This document shows positions 19,708 to 29,373 of a stretch of DNA of 64,000 nt, one piece after another. The notes under the pieces are model-generated. The model saw nothing but the letters and a program-made list of their open reading frames with translations. It did no database searches and was not told the origin of the DNA. The first letter of the stretch is position 1, and each line of letters begins with the position of its first letter. The translations under genes and the position numbers were made by a program. This stretch comes from a virus. The stretch covers positions 1 to 64,000 of the IMG/VR virus record IMGVR_UViG_3300009506_000022, one strand, 5' to 3'.

Positions 19708-20184
19708 ATGTGTAGACCAACATTTGAAGAAGTGTATATGGAGTTTGCTTTATCTATATCGAGACGAAGCACGTGTAGTAGATTACAGGTTGGAGCTGTA
19801 GTGACAACAACCGATTTCAGGAAGGTACTTGCGATAGGATACAATGGAAATGCATCTGGATTGCCAAACAAATGCGATTCTAGTGAGCCAGGAAATTGTG
19901 GTTGTCTTCACGCTGAGGAAAACGCAGTTATCAATTGCGATAGTTCGCGGTTTGTTGACAAGATATTCTTTTCAACACATTTGCCTTGTGTGATGTGTGC
20001 GAAGCGGATTATCAATCTCGGTAATGTGAAGAAGGTAATATACAAAGAAACCTACAGAATCAAGGATAGTGTTGCTCTATTCAACGCTTCTGGAATAGAT
20101 GTGTACAAGATTTGGGATGGAGTCATTCATGGTCCTTTTTTTGCTTCAGAAAGCGAAAAGATAAAATCAACAATCGAGTGGTAA
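19708..20184 (+). CDS. dCMP deaminase (ComEB family)
   Basis: RSTC.RLQVGAV, GYNG, HAEENA, PCVMC. Confidence 0.93.
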   Translation: MCRPTFEEVYMEFALSISRRSTCSRLQVGAVVTTTDFRKVLAIGYNGNASGLPNKCDSSEPGNCGCLHAEENAVINCDSSRFVDKIFFSTHLPCVMCAKRIINLGNVKKVIYKETYRIKDSVALFNASGIDVYKIWDGVIHGPFFASESEKIKSTIEW

Positions 20185-20387
20185 TCAGATGTCGATTGAT
20201 ATTCCAAGCAATCACAGATACAAGTTTTGTAAACAGTGTTGTTTTTTTGTTGAGCAAGGGAAAAGTAGGTGCAAAATCGGTCTTGGAAAGTGCCAAGATG
20301 ATACTGGGTTGGACGGTAAGTGTTATATTGAAATAGCCTATGAACAAGGCTGGGAAGATAGAGATAAACAAATAGAAAGGATAGAAG

Positions 20388-20804
20388 ATGGAAACGAGTA
20401 ATATCAACTTTGCGTATTTGCGCGATCCAGCAAACAAGTTGCGTGTTGTGACATTTGCTTGGAAAGAGATAGAAGAGGCAAAACTAGATAGCGGTTATCG
20501 TGCTGTTGAATATTCATACGCAATCAATAAAGTCGTTTCGCCAAGAAATGAACCTTGGCGTACAAGGAAATCAGAACAACACAACAAAAAGACTGCGAGA
20601 ACAATGACAGCTGGTAGGTTGAAATCAGACAGATATAAACAGAAAGCTGTGGTTGAGACAGAAAAGGCGATTCAATCGATTATGAGCGATTTTATTTATC
20701 ATATATCATCGAGGATATCGTGGTTGAGGAAGAAAGGGGTTGTGCCAACTCCTGAACTTTTTATTCGCGATGTGTTAGAAAGAATAAGGGACCAAAAAGA
20801 GTAA
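20388..20804 (+). CDS. hypothetical protein
   Basis: ORF coupled to neighbours. Confidence 0.55.
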   Translation: METSNINFAYLRDPANKLRVVTFAWKEIEEAKLDSGYRAVEYSYAINKVVSPRNEPWRTRKSEQHNKKTARTMTAGRLKSDRYKQKAVVETEKAIQSIMSDFIYHISSRISWLRKKGVVPTPELFIRDVLERIRDQKE

Positions 20805-20864
20805 AGAGATGAAGTCTAGTAGTTCAACAAGCGACAAAGAACTGTAGATATTTTTGGAGGAACG

Positions 20865-21221
20865 ATGCCAAGAGATATATATGGGGTAGAAATCGATATA
20901 GCAAAGAGGATTTCGGAAAGAACGCCACATCATCCAGAATCGAGACGAATATTAAGCGAGATATCAGATGAATGGAATCAAAACCCTAACAATAGCGGTG
21001 AACGTTTAGCGTATGAGCTTGATATTGTTTTTGAACGTCGCGATATTCTAAATGGCCGTGGACCAGTGTTGTGTCCTCGTTGTGGTTGCGAGAAACCAGA
21101 TAATCGCAAACTGAAGAGGGTGAACGATCGTGCGATTGAAATAAAATGTGGTCTTTGTGGCTGTAAATACACAGCAAGAGTTGTGTTGATAACAACAGTT
21201 GAAATCAACGAATTGAAGTAA
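20865..21221 (+). CDS. zinc-ribbon hypothetical protein
   Basis: SD GGAGG; CPRC...CGLC. Confidence 0.6.
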   Translation: MPRDIYGVEIDIAKRISERTPHHPESRRILSEISDEWNQNPNNSGERLAYELDIVFERRDILNGRGPVLCPRCGCEKPDNRKLKRVNDRAIEIKCGLCGCKYTARVVLITTVEINELK

Positions 21222-21520
21222 GATGAAGTACAGGATAAGAATTCCATCTCTTAGAGAAAATAATGATTGGATTGTTGAAGCCAAAGATAGGATGGAAGCC
21301 GCAAAGAAAGCGTGTCCACCAAATAACGACTATTGGGAATATAAAGTAGAGTCGTTTAGCTATAAAAGGTTTCAGATTTCTCGTAAACTATTGAAGGATC
21401 CGTTTGGGTTCACTCAACACAGAAAGAGAAACAAAGTTCCATTGGGTGCATGGGTTCCATATGGAAAGGTTTTTATCGTTTATGATGAAGATGAGCGTAT
21501 CCCAAATTGTGAGGAGTAAG

Positions 21521-21952
21521 ATGATAAATACATGTTTTATGCTTACAGGAACTGAAGAAGCTGCTAGCGATGAAAAGCTATATCGATACGAGGATGTTAA
21601 TTATTCAAGAGGCGTAGACGAATATGATAATCCACTTCCTGGTGGACACATTTGTGTTGAGTTACGCGAATATCCGATATTGAAGAGAACCCCAAAAGGA
21701 GTGTGGATAAGCGAGTGTTGGAGATGGGGTTCTCCATTGAAGTTTGCAGCCGATGAAACAAGACAAGATAGAGGGGAGAGGTTTATTCTTCTTTCGGCGC
21801 GCAAGAAGTTTGCAGCTGAAACCAAGGAACAAGCGCTAGAGGATTACAAAGCACGCAAGCTAGCGCAAATCAGGATTTTGAAAGCAAAGATATCTGCTGC
21901 TGAAAGTGCATTGAATGCAGCGTGTAACGATAGGATGGAAAGCTATTATTGA
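21521..21952 (+). CDS. conserved phage hypothetical protein
   Basis: LYRYED...Y.I.K.TPKGVWI...RF.L..ARK.FA..T.E.A pattern. Confidence 0.65.
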   Translation: MINTCFMLTGTEEAASDEKLYRYEDVNYSRGVDEYDNPLPGGHICVELREYPILKRTPKGVWISECWRWGSPLKFAADETRQDRGERFILLSARKKFAAETKEQALEDYKARKLAQIRILKAKISAAESALNAACNDRMESYY

Positions 21953-22374
21953 AAGTAAAGGAAGTACGATGGAAATAGATTTTCTAAAGTTTTTAGGTAA
22001 GTTTCGCACTCCAGAAGACGATATTGTCGAAGCCAGTCTATTGCACAAATATCCAGATATTGCAAAGGCGCAAATCGATTTGTGTAAGGCGCTTAGAGCA
22101 TGGACACAAGAGACTGGAAGAGAAACGGTTGTTGTCATTGTGGAGCGAGGACCACTGAGAGAACTTCCTGTGTTCAACAAACAACGATTCTATGGTTTTT
22201 TTGCTCGAAACGGCAAGCCAAGGAGAGAAGAGGAAAATGTCGTTTCTCATGTTCTCGATTCATTGATGGAAATCATCGCAAAGGTGTTTTGATGGATATC
22301 TCAGAAGTCGTATTCGTGGCATGGTGTGTTATTGGGATACTTTTTATCATATTGGTGGTGAACGGAAAGCGTTA

Positions 22375-23595
22375 GTGAAGCCGATAAACATCGAGTTGTT
22401 TTGTTGTTCTGGTGGCATGTCGAAGGGGTTCAAGGATGCTGGAATCCAGTTTGATATCGTAGTTGATAGCGATATCGATGCGTGTAACAGCTATGAAGCC
22501 AATATGGGGGAGAGACCAATCCAGATGGATGTAAAAGATTTCCTTCGTTTGGTTAAATCTGGAATGAAGCGAGATATCAATCTATTGGTTGCCGATCCGC
22601 CATGCACGCCATGGTCGCGAGCGGGAAAGAAGAAGGGATTGGCGGATTCGCGAGATATGATACTGGCGACCATCGAGATTCTGGAGCTGTTGAAGCCGCG
22701 ATTTTGGCTGATAGCGAACGTTCCTGGATTGGACGATTCAAACAACTGGAAAACGGTTCAGCGCACGATAGGAAGGCTCACAGGAAGCGGATATTGTATT
22801 GACTACCGCAAGCTGAATGCGGCTGATTACGGCGTTCCGCAACGAAGGATAAGACCCTTTTGGTTTGGACATCGTGGTGGTGACTGTCTGAGTTGGCCTA
22901 AACCAACTCATGGGAACCCCAAAAGCATCGGACACGCTCTATTTGGGGATAACCGCCAACCATGGGTGACATGCAAGGATGCGTTACAACACCTCGAGCT
23001 CGAGGAACTCGGAGAACCGCGGCGATTGAAATCAATAAGCGCGAAGCACAAGCCGAATGAACCAGATGATGTCAGTGGAACCATTAGGAAGAGTGGAGGT
23101 TCATCGGGTTCAAAAACGATAGCGTTGCATCCCAAACATCCACCGAACGAACCCCACAAACCATCTGGAACCATCAGAGGTGGAGGTAGCGGTCACAGCG
23201 CGCCAAAGGTGTATTTGACGTTTCATGACAAACATCCAATCAATCGGGTAGATGAGCCCTCACATGTTGTGAACGCGAAACATCACGGATGTTCTGGCGG
23301 TCAAGCGATGGAATGGCCATGGGATAGGGTGGCGACCACGATAACACAGGATTCCAGGTTGACACCCCCGGGACATCACGATGGCGGAAGTTATATGACA
23401 ACACCAAATGTCATCATTTTGAGCGAGCGTGCCGCTTCAATACTTCAGGGATTCCCAGATGGTTGGGTGTTCTGTGGACAGACGAAGAAGGCGAGATGGT
23501 CGCAAATAGGCCAAGCGATGCCACCACAGTTGGCTTGCGCGGTTGGAAAGAAGATAAAGGAGTTGATATGTCAGACAGTGTGTCAAAAGCAATAA
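22375..23595 (+). CDS. DNA cytosine-C5 methyltransferase family protein, atypical (ENV replaced by ANV)
   Basis: ELFCCSGG (I), DPPCTPWS.AG (IV), ANV (VI), LNAADYGVPQRRIR (VIII), LQGFP (IX), IGQAMPP (X). Confidence 0.88.
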   Translation: MKPINIELFCCSGGMSKGFKDAGIQFDIVVDSDIDACNSYEANMGERPIQMDVKDFLRLVKSGMKRDINLLVADPPCTPWSRAGKKKGLADSRDMILATIEILELLKPRFWLIANVPGLDDSNNWKTVQRTIGRLTGSGYCIDYRKLNAADYGVPQRRIRPFWFGHRGGDCLSWPKPTHGNPKSIGHALFGDNRQPWVTCKDALQHLELEELGEPRRLKSISAKHKPNEPDDVSGTIRKSGGSSGSKTIALHPKHPPNEPHKPSGTIRGGGSGHSAPKVYLTFHDKHPINRVDEPSHVVNAKHHGCSGGQAMEWPWDRVATTITQDSRLTPPGHHDGGSYMTTPNVIILSERAASILQGFPDGWVFCGQTKKARWSQIGQAMPPQLACAVGKKIKELICQTVCQKQ

Positions 23596-23999
23596 CCGTT
23601 ATTGTTGAGGTTAGAGAAGGAAATATAGAACTTGAATCGTTATTGATTGATGAGCAAAACGGTTTAGATGAATACGAATGGTTTCAGGAGATGTATCAAG
23701 GAGGTCCTGAACTCATGTTGTTTGATACATTGAAACCAAAAGATGGTAGATACGAGATAGTTGGCGAACTCGTGAGTGAGAATATTCAAACCGACCAAGG
23801 CGATGAATATGACGAGTATTTCCATGTTATCAGCACAAAGAAGCTGATGAATCTGAGATTGAATGCAACGATACTTGGTTATCGAGTTACACTATTCTGG
23901 GCTTGGTATGATATGTGGTTCGGCGCCTATTATGATCGGAAATCGAAATCGCTTTATTTGGGAATGTTCCCAACCTTGATGTTGAGAATAAGAAAATAG
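23568..23999 (+). CDS. hypothetical protein
   Basis: SD AAGGAG; acidic N-terminal part and aromatic C-terminal part. Confidence 0.6.
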   Translation: MSDSVSKAITVIVEVREGNIELESLLIDEQNGLDEYEWFQEMYQGGPELMLFDTLKPKDGRYEIVGELVSENIQTDQGDEYDEYFHVISTKKLMNLRLNATILGYRVTLFWAWYDMWFGAYYDRKSKSLYLGMFPTLMLRIRK

Positions 24000-24053
24000 A
24001 GATTGTGGTGGTCAACAACACAAATATTGGGTATTGTGTGGGTAGGTTGGCCA

Positions 24054-24596
24054 ATGAAGTTAGCATTTGATAACGAGGCGATAAAAACTCGCATTGTAGC
24101 TTTAGCGCGATGTATTGATGCTGATTATCTCAGTGTGGGTAAGCTTCACATGATAGGGATTCTGCCTGATGGATATCAGTTGGTGAGCGATGTATCCAAG
24201 GCGCTGAAAACCCATCATACTGTGGATTTCGTATTGGAACAAAGGGAACCCGTATTCCCGTTGACCTCCCGCAAATACATCCGTAACGGCTTGCATCGGC
24301 AAACAAACAAAAAAGATGTATTGGTGGTAACAACGCTGCTGAGAGATGAAAGAGTGATATATGACACGTACACATCGATACTGTGTGAGGAGAATCCGAG
24401 AACAATACGATTACTCGCGCTTCTTTACTACGTGAGCGAGATTGGGTTGAATCCAAAACCAAACTATATCGGCTTTCCAATCAAGGGACATCCCAAGTTC
24501 CAGGGATACGGATTACCGCCACAACCTTACCTGAGAGATATCTATGAACATGTTCTCAACGGTAAACGAAAATCAAATCCAAATCATCGTTTATAG
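24054..24596 (+). CDS. HPRT-like phosphoribosyltransferase-fold protein with degenerate PRPP loop
   Basis: I..RI..LA..I..DY, IGIL..G....SD, KDVLVV, PNYIGF.I....F.GYGL match HPRT; canonical EDIIDTGxT is absent. Confidence 0.7.
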   Translation: MKLAFDNEAIKTRIVALARCIDADYLSVGKLHMIGILPDGYQLVSDVSKALKTHHTVDFVLEQREPVFPLTSRKYIRNGLHRQTNKKDVLVVTTLLRDERVIYDTYTSILCEENPRTIRLLALLYYVSEIGLNPKPNYIGFPIKGHPKFQGYGLPPQPYLRDIYEHVLNGKRKSNPNHRL

Positions 24597-24824
24597 AGAA
24601 CGAAAACAAAATCGGAAACAAACCAAAAAACTAGCAACAAAACCACCCGCAATCAAAAAGAATAGTAGAGGAACCAGAGAGACGCAAACAATAAGGAAGA
24701 ACAACACAATACACAAAACAACAGAGAAAGCAATAGAGAAGAAAGCAATAACTCCCATAGAGAAAGAAACAATCACATCACCAGCTTCTCTATCACATTC
24801 ATAAAAACAAAAATAATGAATCAT
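24591..24824 (-). CDS. putative small two-helix membrane protein; only plausible minus-strand gene
   Basis: Long hydrophobic stretches; stop overlaps the convergent stop of the HPRT-like gene. Confidence 0.4.
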   Translation of the reverse strand: MIHYFCFYECDREAGDVIVSFSMGVIAFFSIAFSVVLCIVLFFLIVCVSLVPLLFFLIAGGFVASFLVCFRFCFRSL

Positions 24825-25570
24825 CCTATGATATGAACTAAATCTATTCTATTTCCTAAATACAAACTCCAAAGAAATAAACACTTGGAAGCGAAAACAA
24901 TAAATACTCTCGGTTCTCGTTTTGTCCGACGAAGTCCCCTCAAAGAACCGATTTACAGTTTCTACTACTATCTCATCTACTAGCAACTTTACTCATCTAC
25001 TATCGGTTGCGCCATATCGAAGGGAAACTAATCGGTCGATATCGCATCGATATGTCCCCTGAAGCGTAGATTTCACGCGGTTTTGTCAACCAGTTCGCGG
25101 TGAAAGTGTCAACGAGGGAACGCACCTTGACAATCGATGAATATTGCTGACTATGTATGACACCACCCCCACTGGTAAGAAAAGTAGATGTAAAAAACGA
25201 AAAAAAAATCTAGTGTCAGACACGCGCGCTGCACAGAACTGCCTAAAATATATTGGAACCAGCTGAAAACCCTTGACAACTCATGAGTACTACTGAACAC
25301 TAAAGTGATAATGAGTGTCACGAATCGATATAGAGGGAAGGGAGGTTGCGATGTAGGGTTTGATTTTTTACATAGCGAAAAAGTTGAAAGTGGTTTTGTA
25401 GTGAATGACGATTCCCATCATGGGGCTTCTCCCCATTTTGGGAATCCCGTAAAGATTGAAAGCTGGTTGAGAGATATTGCGATAGCGCAAGTCGCAATAG
25501 CGCCAAGTGTGTCGCGCAACACCTTGAAGCGAAGTACTCTCGCCAGCTTTGAGTTTTTAGTGAGGGAGAA
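24825..25570. promoter_or_regulatory. large non-coding control region
   Basis: No convincing ORF; TCTACTA repeats, TTGACA hexamers on both strands, inverted repeats. Confidence 0.5.
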
Positions 25571-25858
25571 ATGAAACGATTTCTTAGTGCCTATGACCTC
25601 GAGAGATTGGCGTTACCGCCAGAGAGATGGCATGTGATTCCGCGATGTGTCGAGACCGCGTTGGGCCAAACATTGGAGGAAGCTTCAAGTGAGGTACCGC
25701 TATGTGTTGGTCACCTTGAGTTGACGGGATGGTTCATTGTGATGAGCGGGCAAGGACCATTTATTTTTTGGATGGAGAAGGAAGAAGGTGGAACCTATGG
25801 TTATGCCACGGATGGACGGCGTGATCGTTGGTACCCTGAGGAGAACGCATCAAAATGA
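25571..25858 (+). CDS. hypothetical protein (domain shared with C-terminus of 30777-31409)
   Basis: SD GAGGGAG; LCVG.....GWFIV motif. Confidence 0.65.
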   Translation: MKRFLSAYDLERLALPPERWHVIPRCVETALGQTLEEASSEVPLCVGHLELTGWFIVMSGQGPFIFWMEKEEGGTYGYATDGRRDRWYPEENASK

Positions 25859-26365
25859 AAAATCCCTATGAGCTAAATCCAAATGGCGATTTCACGATAA
25901 TACAAAGAATAAAGAACGAGACGTGGGAAGAAGGATATCGTGCTGGTTTGAATTGGCATCCGAACTGTTCAGAGACTCCAGTACCAGAAGTGTCTCAAGA
26001 CACGATGTTATTGGTCTCGTGGAATGATGCTCGTGGGTGGGAGTTCGAGGGGTATGCCTACGATATGGCCGATGGGTTATATCGGGTTATAGGGACTTGT
26101 GGAACAGTAATAAACACAGGTGGCCTGTTACGAAAAGCAGAGATAATAGCATGGTTGGAAGTGCCGATTCCAAAGGAGAACGCATGAGCATAAGCAATAT
26201 ACTTCTGATTCCGCGATTGTTTGCTTCCTCTCTTGAGAAAGAGAGGATTGATAGAGAGCGATCGAAACCCGCGAATCCCAGAAAGAAGGTAACAAAGCGA
26301 GCGAGTAAATTGAAGAAGAAATCCCGCAAGATGCGCGAAAAATCCCGCAAGAAGAACAGAAAATA

Positions 26366-26749
26366 ATGTGTGATCGATATAAGCAAAGGATTTATGGCCA
26401 ACTCAAGGCTTTGTTTACGCATGCTCAAAATGGTGAGCGTGTCGTTTTCTTCTGCGAGAACGCTTCGTCGCGGAAACATGCGATGTCTATGTTGTTGGAT
26501 ATCCTCAGAGTTCGAGGGATATTCTATAACAATGAGAATCAAAAACGTGATGGTGGGGTCTTCCTTCCTGGCGGTTGTGTGAGATTGATGACTTGCGATG
26601 CTCGTAGATTCCATCTGGATGTTGGCGAAAAACTGGCGACACATCGATTCCATCGATACGATGTCGAACCCAATATTCAAGAGGTTTTCGAAGCCGATCT
26701 TTTGGAGAGAGCGCGCTGCTTCGATGCCAAACTTGGTAAGGTGAAGTGA
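26366..26749 (+). CDS. hypothetical protein, tandem paralog 1
   Basis: G.RV.FFC...LLDILR.RG...DG.V..P.G..R.M.CD shared with next ORF. Confidence 0.7.
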   Translation: MCDRYKQRIYGQLKALFTHAQNGERVVFFCENASSRKHAMSMLLDILRVRGIFYNNENQKRDGGVFLPGGCVRLMTCDARRFHLDVGEKLATHRFHRYDVEPNIQEVFEADLLERARCFDAKLGKVK

Positions 26750-27150
26750 TGTGTCGGCGTACTGGTAGAACCTATTCTCAAATCGAGGAACTCGTTGTTT
26801 TCGCATTGAGTGGAAAGCGTGTAGGGTTCTTTTGTCATTCTGTATTGATGCAACACGAATCGATAAAGCTATTGCTGGATATCCTTCGTCTTAGGGGAAT
26901 GTGTCATGGTCGTGGCATGCGAGTTCGCGAAGATGGTGTCATTTTTCCAAACGGGTTCATTCGAATCATGGTTTGTGATCCCTATAGATATCTTGAGGAT
27001 ATCAGAGATAAACTGAGAGGGAGACAATACGATAAATATAGTGTTGATCATCATGTTTACGAGCTATTTGATGCCCATGTTTTGGAGAAAATCAACAAAC
27101 TGGAAGCCAAGAACGCAGTGTTGAAGAGAGAAATCAAAGGGAAACTATGA
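26746..27150 (+). CDS. hypothetical protein, tandem paralog 2 (P-loop-like RRTGRT)
   Basis: Paralogy with previous ORF; RRTGRT and VDHH motifs. Confidence 0.7.
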   Translation: MMCRRTGRTYSQIEELVVFALSGKRVGFFCHSVLMQHESIKLLLDILRLRGMCHGRGMRVREDGVIFPNGFIRIMVCDPYRYLEDIRDKLRGRQYDKYSVDHHVYELFDAHVLEKINKLEAKNAVLKREIKGKL

Positions 27151-27494
27151 GGTTCAAAAACGAAATAGTGGCATTGCTCAAGGGATATGGGGAATCGTAT
27201 CGAAACTACAAGCATGAGAAGGGAACCCCTAATGAAGTGGTGGCGGCGCGCGCCGCTATGGAAGCCAGGATTGAAACTCTGTTGTGGGTGCTGGGTTGTG
27301 AGATCGAACATCTAGATTTATTGGAACAAACCAGGGTTGATGGTGTTATCTTGAATTGTGGCGCGCCATTGAAGCATGTGAAAGGAATAGATTCTAACAA
27401 ACTTGATGATACTGGGTACCTCGAGGAAATGAACGCAAGAACTTTAGATTTGGAATCGGGACATTGGGTGCCACGTTAAACATGTGAAATATAG

Positions 27495-28235
27495 ATGAAT
27501 AAAAAACTATATATCGCTTATGATGAGCGTGCTGAAATCATGTCTACAGATGATTGTACTGTGCTTGAAAGTTTTGATTCATTTATCAATGCATATAAAG
27601 GGATGGAACAATATCCAAGAGGTGTATTGTTTTCTTACGATATTGTAGGGAAACAACTAGTGAATGAAACGAAGGTTGAGATGAAAGAGAAAGAATACAA
27701 GATTTCTGATTGTGTGAGTTTTCGCCGCTCAAAAGATACATATGGCTGTTTCTCGAATATGGCTGGCGGATTTCCTCTGGTGGTGAATGGAACCCGAATC
27801 AGAACTAGCGAGGCGCTATATCAGAGTTGTCGATATCCCCACATACCAGAGTTGCAGCGCGAAATAATAGCTGAGCACAATCCTATTAAGGCAAAAAGAA
27901 TAACGCGCCATGGCGATAACCTGAGAAAAACAAGGCCTGATTGGTTCGATGTCAATCTTGACATCATGTTTTGGTGCTTGGAAGTAAAGCTGATTCAAAA
28001 CCCAAGTTTCGAGGCGATGTTGTTGAGCACATCAAAACCAATCGTTGAGCATTCAAAGAAGGATCCCTACTGGGGTGCGTATCGAGTTGGCGATCTCTAT
28101 GTTGGGCATAACAAGCTTGGATTACTGCTGATGGACCTTCGCAAGAAAGCGAAAAGTGGAATATTGGCGGTCGATCCGTTACCGATTACAGCTTTCTTTT
28201 TGTTTGGTGAGAAGATCGAAAGGGTTACGAGATGA
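27495..28235 (+). CDS. NADAR (YbiA family) protein with N-terminal extension
   Basis: YGCFSN, TSEALYQ, W...MF..L..K..Q.P, IVEHSKKDPYWG, G.NKLG.LLM.LR. Confidence 0.9.
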   Translation: MNKKLYIAYDERAEIMSTDDCTVLESFDSFINAYKGMEQYPRGVLFSYDIVGKQLVNETKVEMKEKEYKISDCVSFRRSKDTYGCFSNMAGGFPLVVNGTRIRTSEALYQSCRYPHIPELQREIIAEHNPIKAKRITRHGDNLRKTRPDWFDVNLDIMFWCLEVKLIQNPSFEAMLLSTSKPIVEHSKKDPYWGAYRVGDLYVGHNKLGLLLMDLRKKAKSGILAVDPLPITAFFLFGEKIERVTR

Positions 28236-28864
28236 ATCTTGATGAACACTGGAATCGTTATGTCAGCAGGCTATCTCAAGAAGGGGGATTCAAACAACGC
28301 CTTGTTGCGATGGAAGCTTTTTATTTTGGTGTCATGGCGTGTTTGGAAATCATAGCAGAAATCGATCCACTAAACGCTGGGGTGGTAAAGGTTGCTTCTG
28401 AACTGGAAGCGTTTCTCAGGAGAATGAACGGTGGAAAAAAGCAAGTAATAGATTTCATAAATAACTATTTTATTCTTGAAGCAGCAGATGGGAAGTCTTA
28501 TTGGGTTCCTAAATCGATGCTTGGTGATGGCGAGCCGAATTGCGAAACGATGGAAGTCGATTTTGCAATAGGCGATTTTCTTCCTGGTGCTGATATCGTT
28601 CCTCGTGAAGCTGTTCGTTGGTTTTCTTGCGAGATGGAAAAGAAGTTGTTGGCCAACGATCACAAAGGGAAGGAAGGTTGGCTCTCTCGCAATTGTAACT
28701 ACAATACTCTGAAGATAAAGTTGGAGGAAGAATATCTCGAGGTGAGGAAACTTCTACATCTCCATTATAACAAATGGGAATCGCGTAATCTCATCGGTGA
28801 ATGTGCCGATATCGCCAACATCGCGATGATGATCGCAGACAGATTTAGAAAGAGAAGTCAATGA
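28232..28864 (+). CDS. hypothetical protein with C-terminal MazG-like (all-alpha NTP-PPase) domain
   Basis: MEKKL.ANDHKG..GW, LEEEYLEV, ECADIANIAMMIAD. Confidence 0.6.
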   Translation: MNLDEHWNRYVSRLSQEGGFKQRLVAMEAFYFGVMACLEIIAEIDPLNAGVVKVASELEAFLRRMNGGKKQVIDFINNYFILEAADGKSYWVPKSMLGDGEPNCETMEVDFAIGDFLPGADIVPREAVRWFSCEMEKKLLANDHKGKEGWLSRNCNYNTLKIKLEEEYLEVRKLLHLHYNKWESRNLIGECADIANIAMMIADRFRKRSQ

Positions 28865-29373
28865 AACCTTGGTTCCCATCTAAAGAGGAACGCGAAGCGA
28901 TTTCGCAAGCCATCGAATCAGCGCGAAAGATCCAAACCTTTTTATGGGGAGAAGCTCGTGGCGAAATGGGTTTAGTGGGATGGATTGCTTCGTTGCGCAA
29001 GAGGATAGATAAACTAGAACAAATAAATCGCGATAATCCTCATGCTGCGGTAGAGATCAGAAAGAGGCTTCTTCAAAACGCGGCTTTATCCATTGCGTTG
29101 ATTGGCATCATCGATAGAGATGGCGTTCCATGGGATGTGAAGCCGAATAAAGAAAAGATTTCTGAAAGATACAAAAAAGAATCTTGTGATCAGAGCGAAG
29201 AACCTGTTGATGGAAACATATACTGCGTTCAATGTGGAAAACGGCTTGAGATAGGCGATTGGAGTTGGTGTTATGAGTGCGGCGCTCCAATTTGCAAGGA
29301 ACACACTCATAGCACGCTAGGAGATGATGGCGAGTGGAAAGATTCTTGTATTGATTGCCTTCATTACGGGTGA
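28861..29373 (+). CDS. degenerate MazG-like helical domain plus zinc finger
   Basis: EIRKRLLQNAALSIA helix; CVQC..CYEC..C..H..CIDC. Confidence 0.45.
   Translation: MKPWFPSKEEREAISQAIESARKIQTFLWGEARGEMGLVGWIASLRKRIDKLEQINRDNPHAAVEIRKRLLQNAALSIALIGIIDRDGVPWDVKPNKEKISERYKKESCDQSEEPVDGNIYCVQCGKRLEIGDWSWCYECGAPICKEHTHSTLGDDGEWKDSCIDCLHYG

Noticed and set aside
25305-25574. 89-aa plus-strand ORF in the control region
   Set aside because: No SD or recognisable motif; may be non-coding leader
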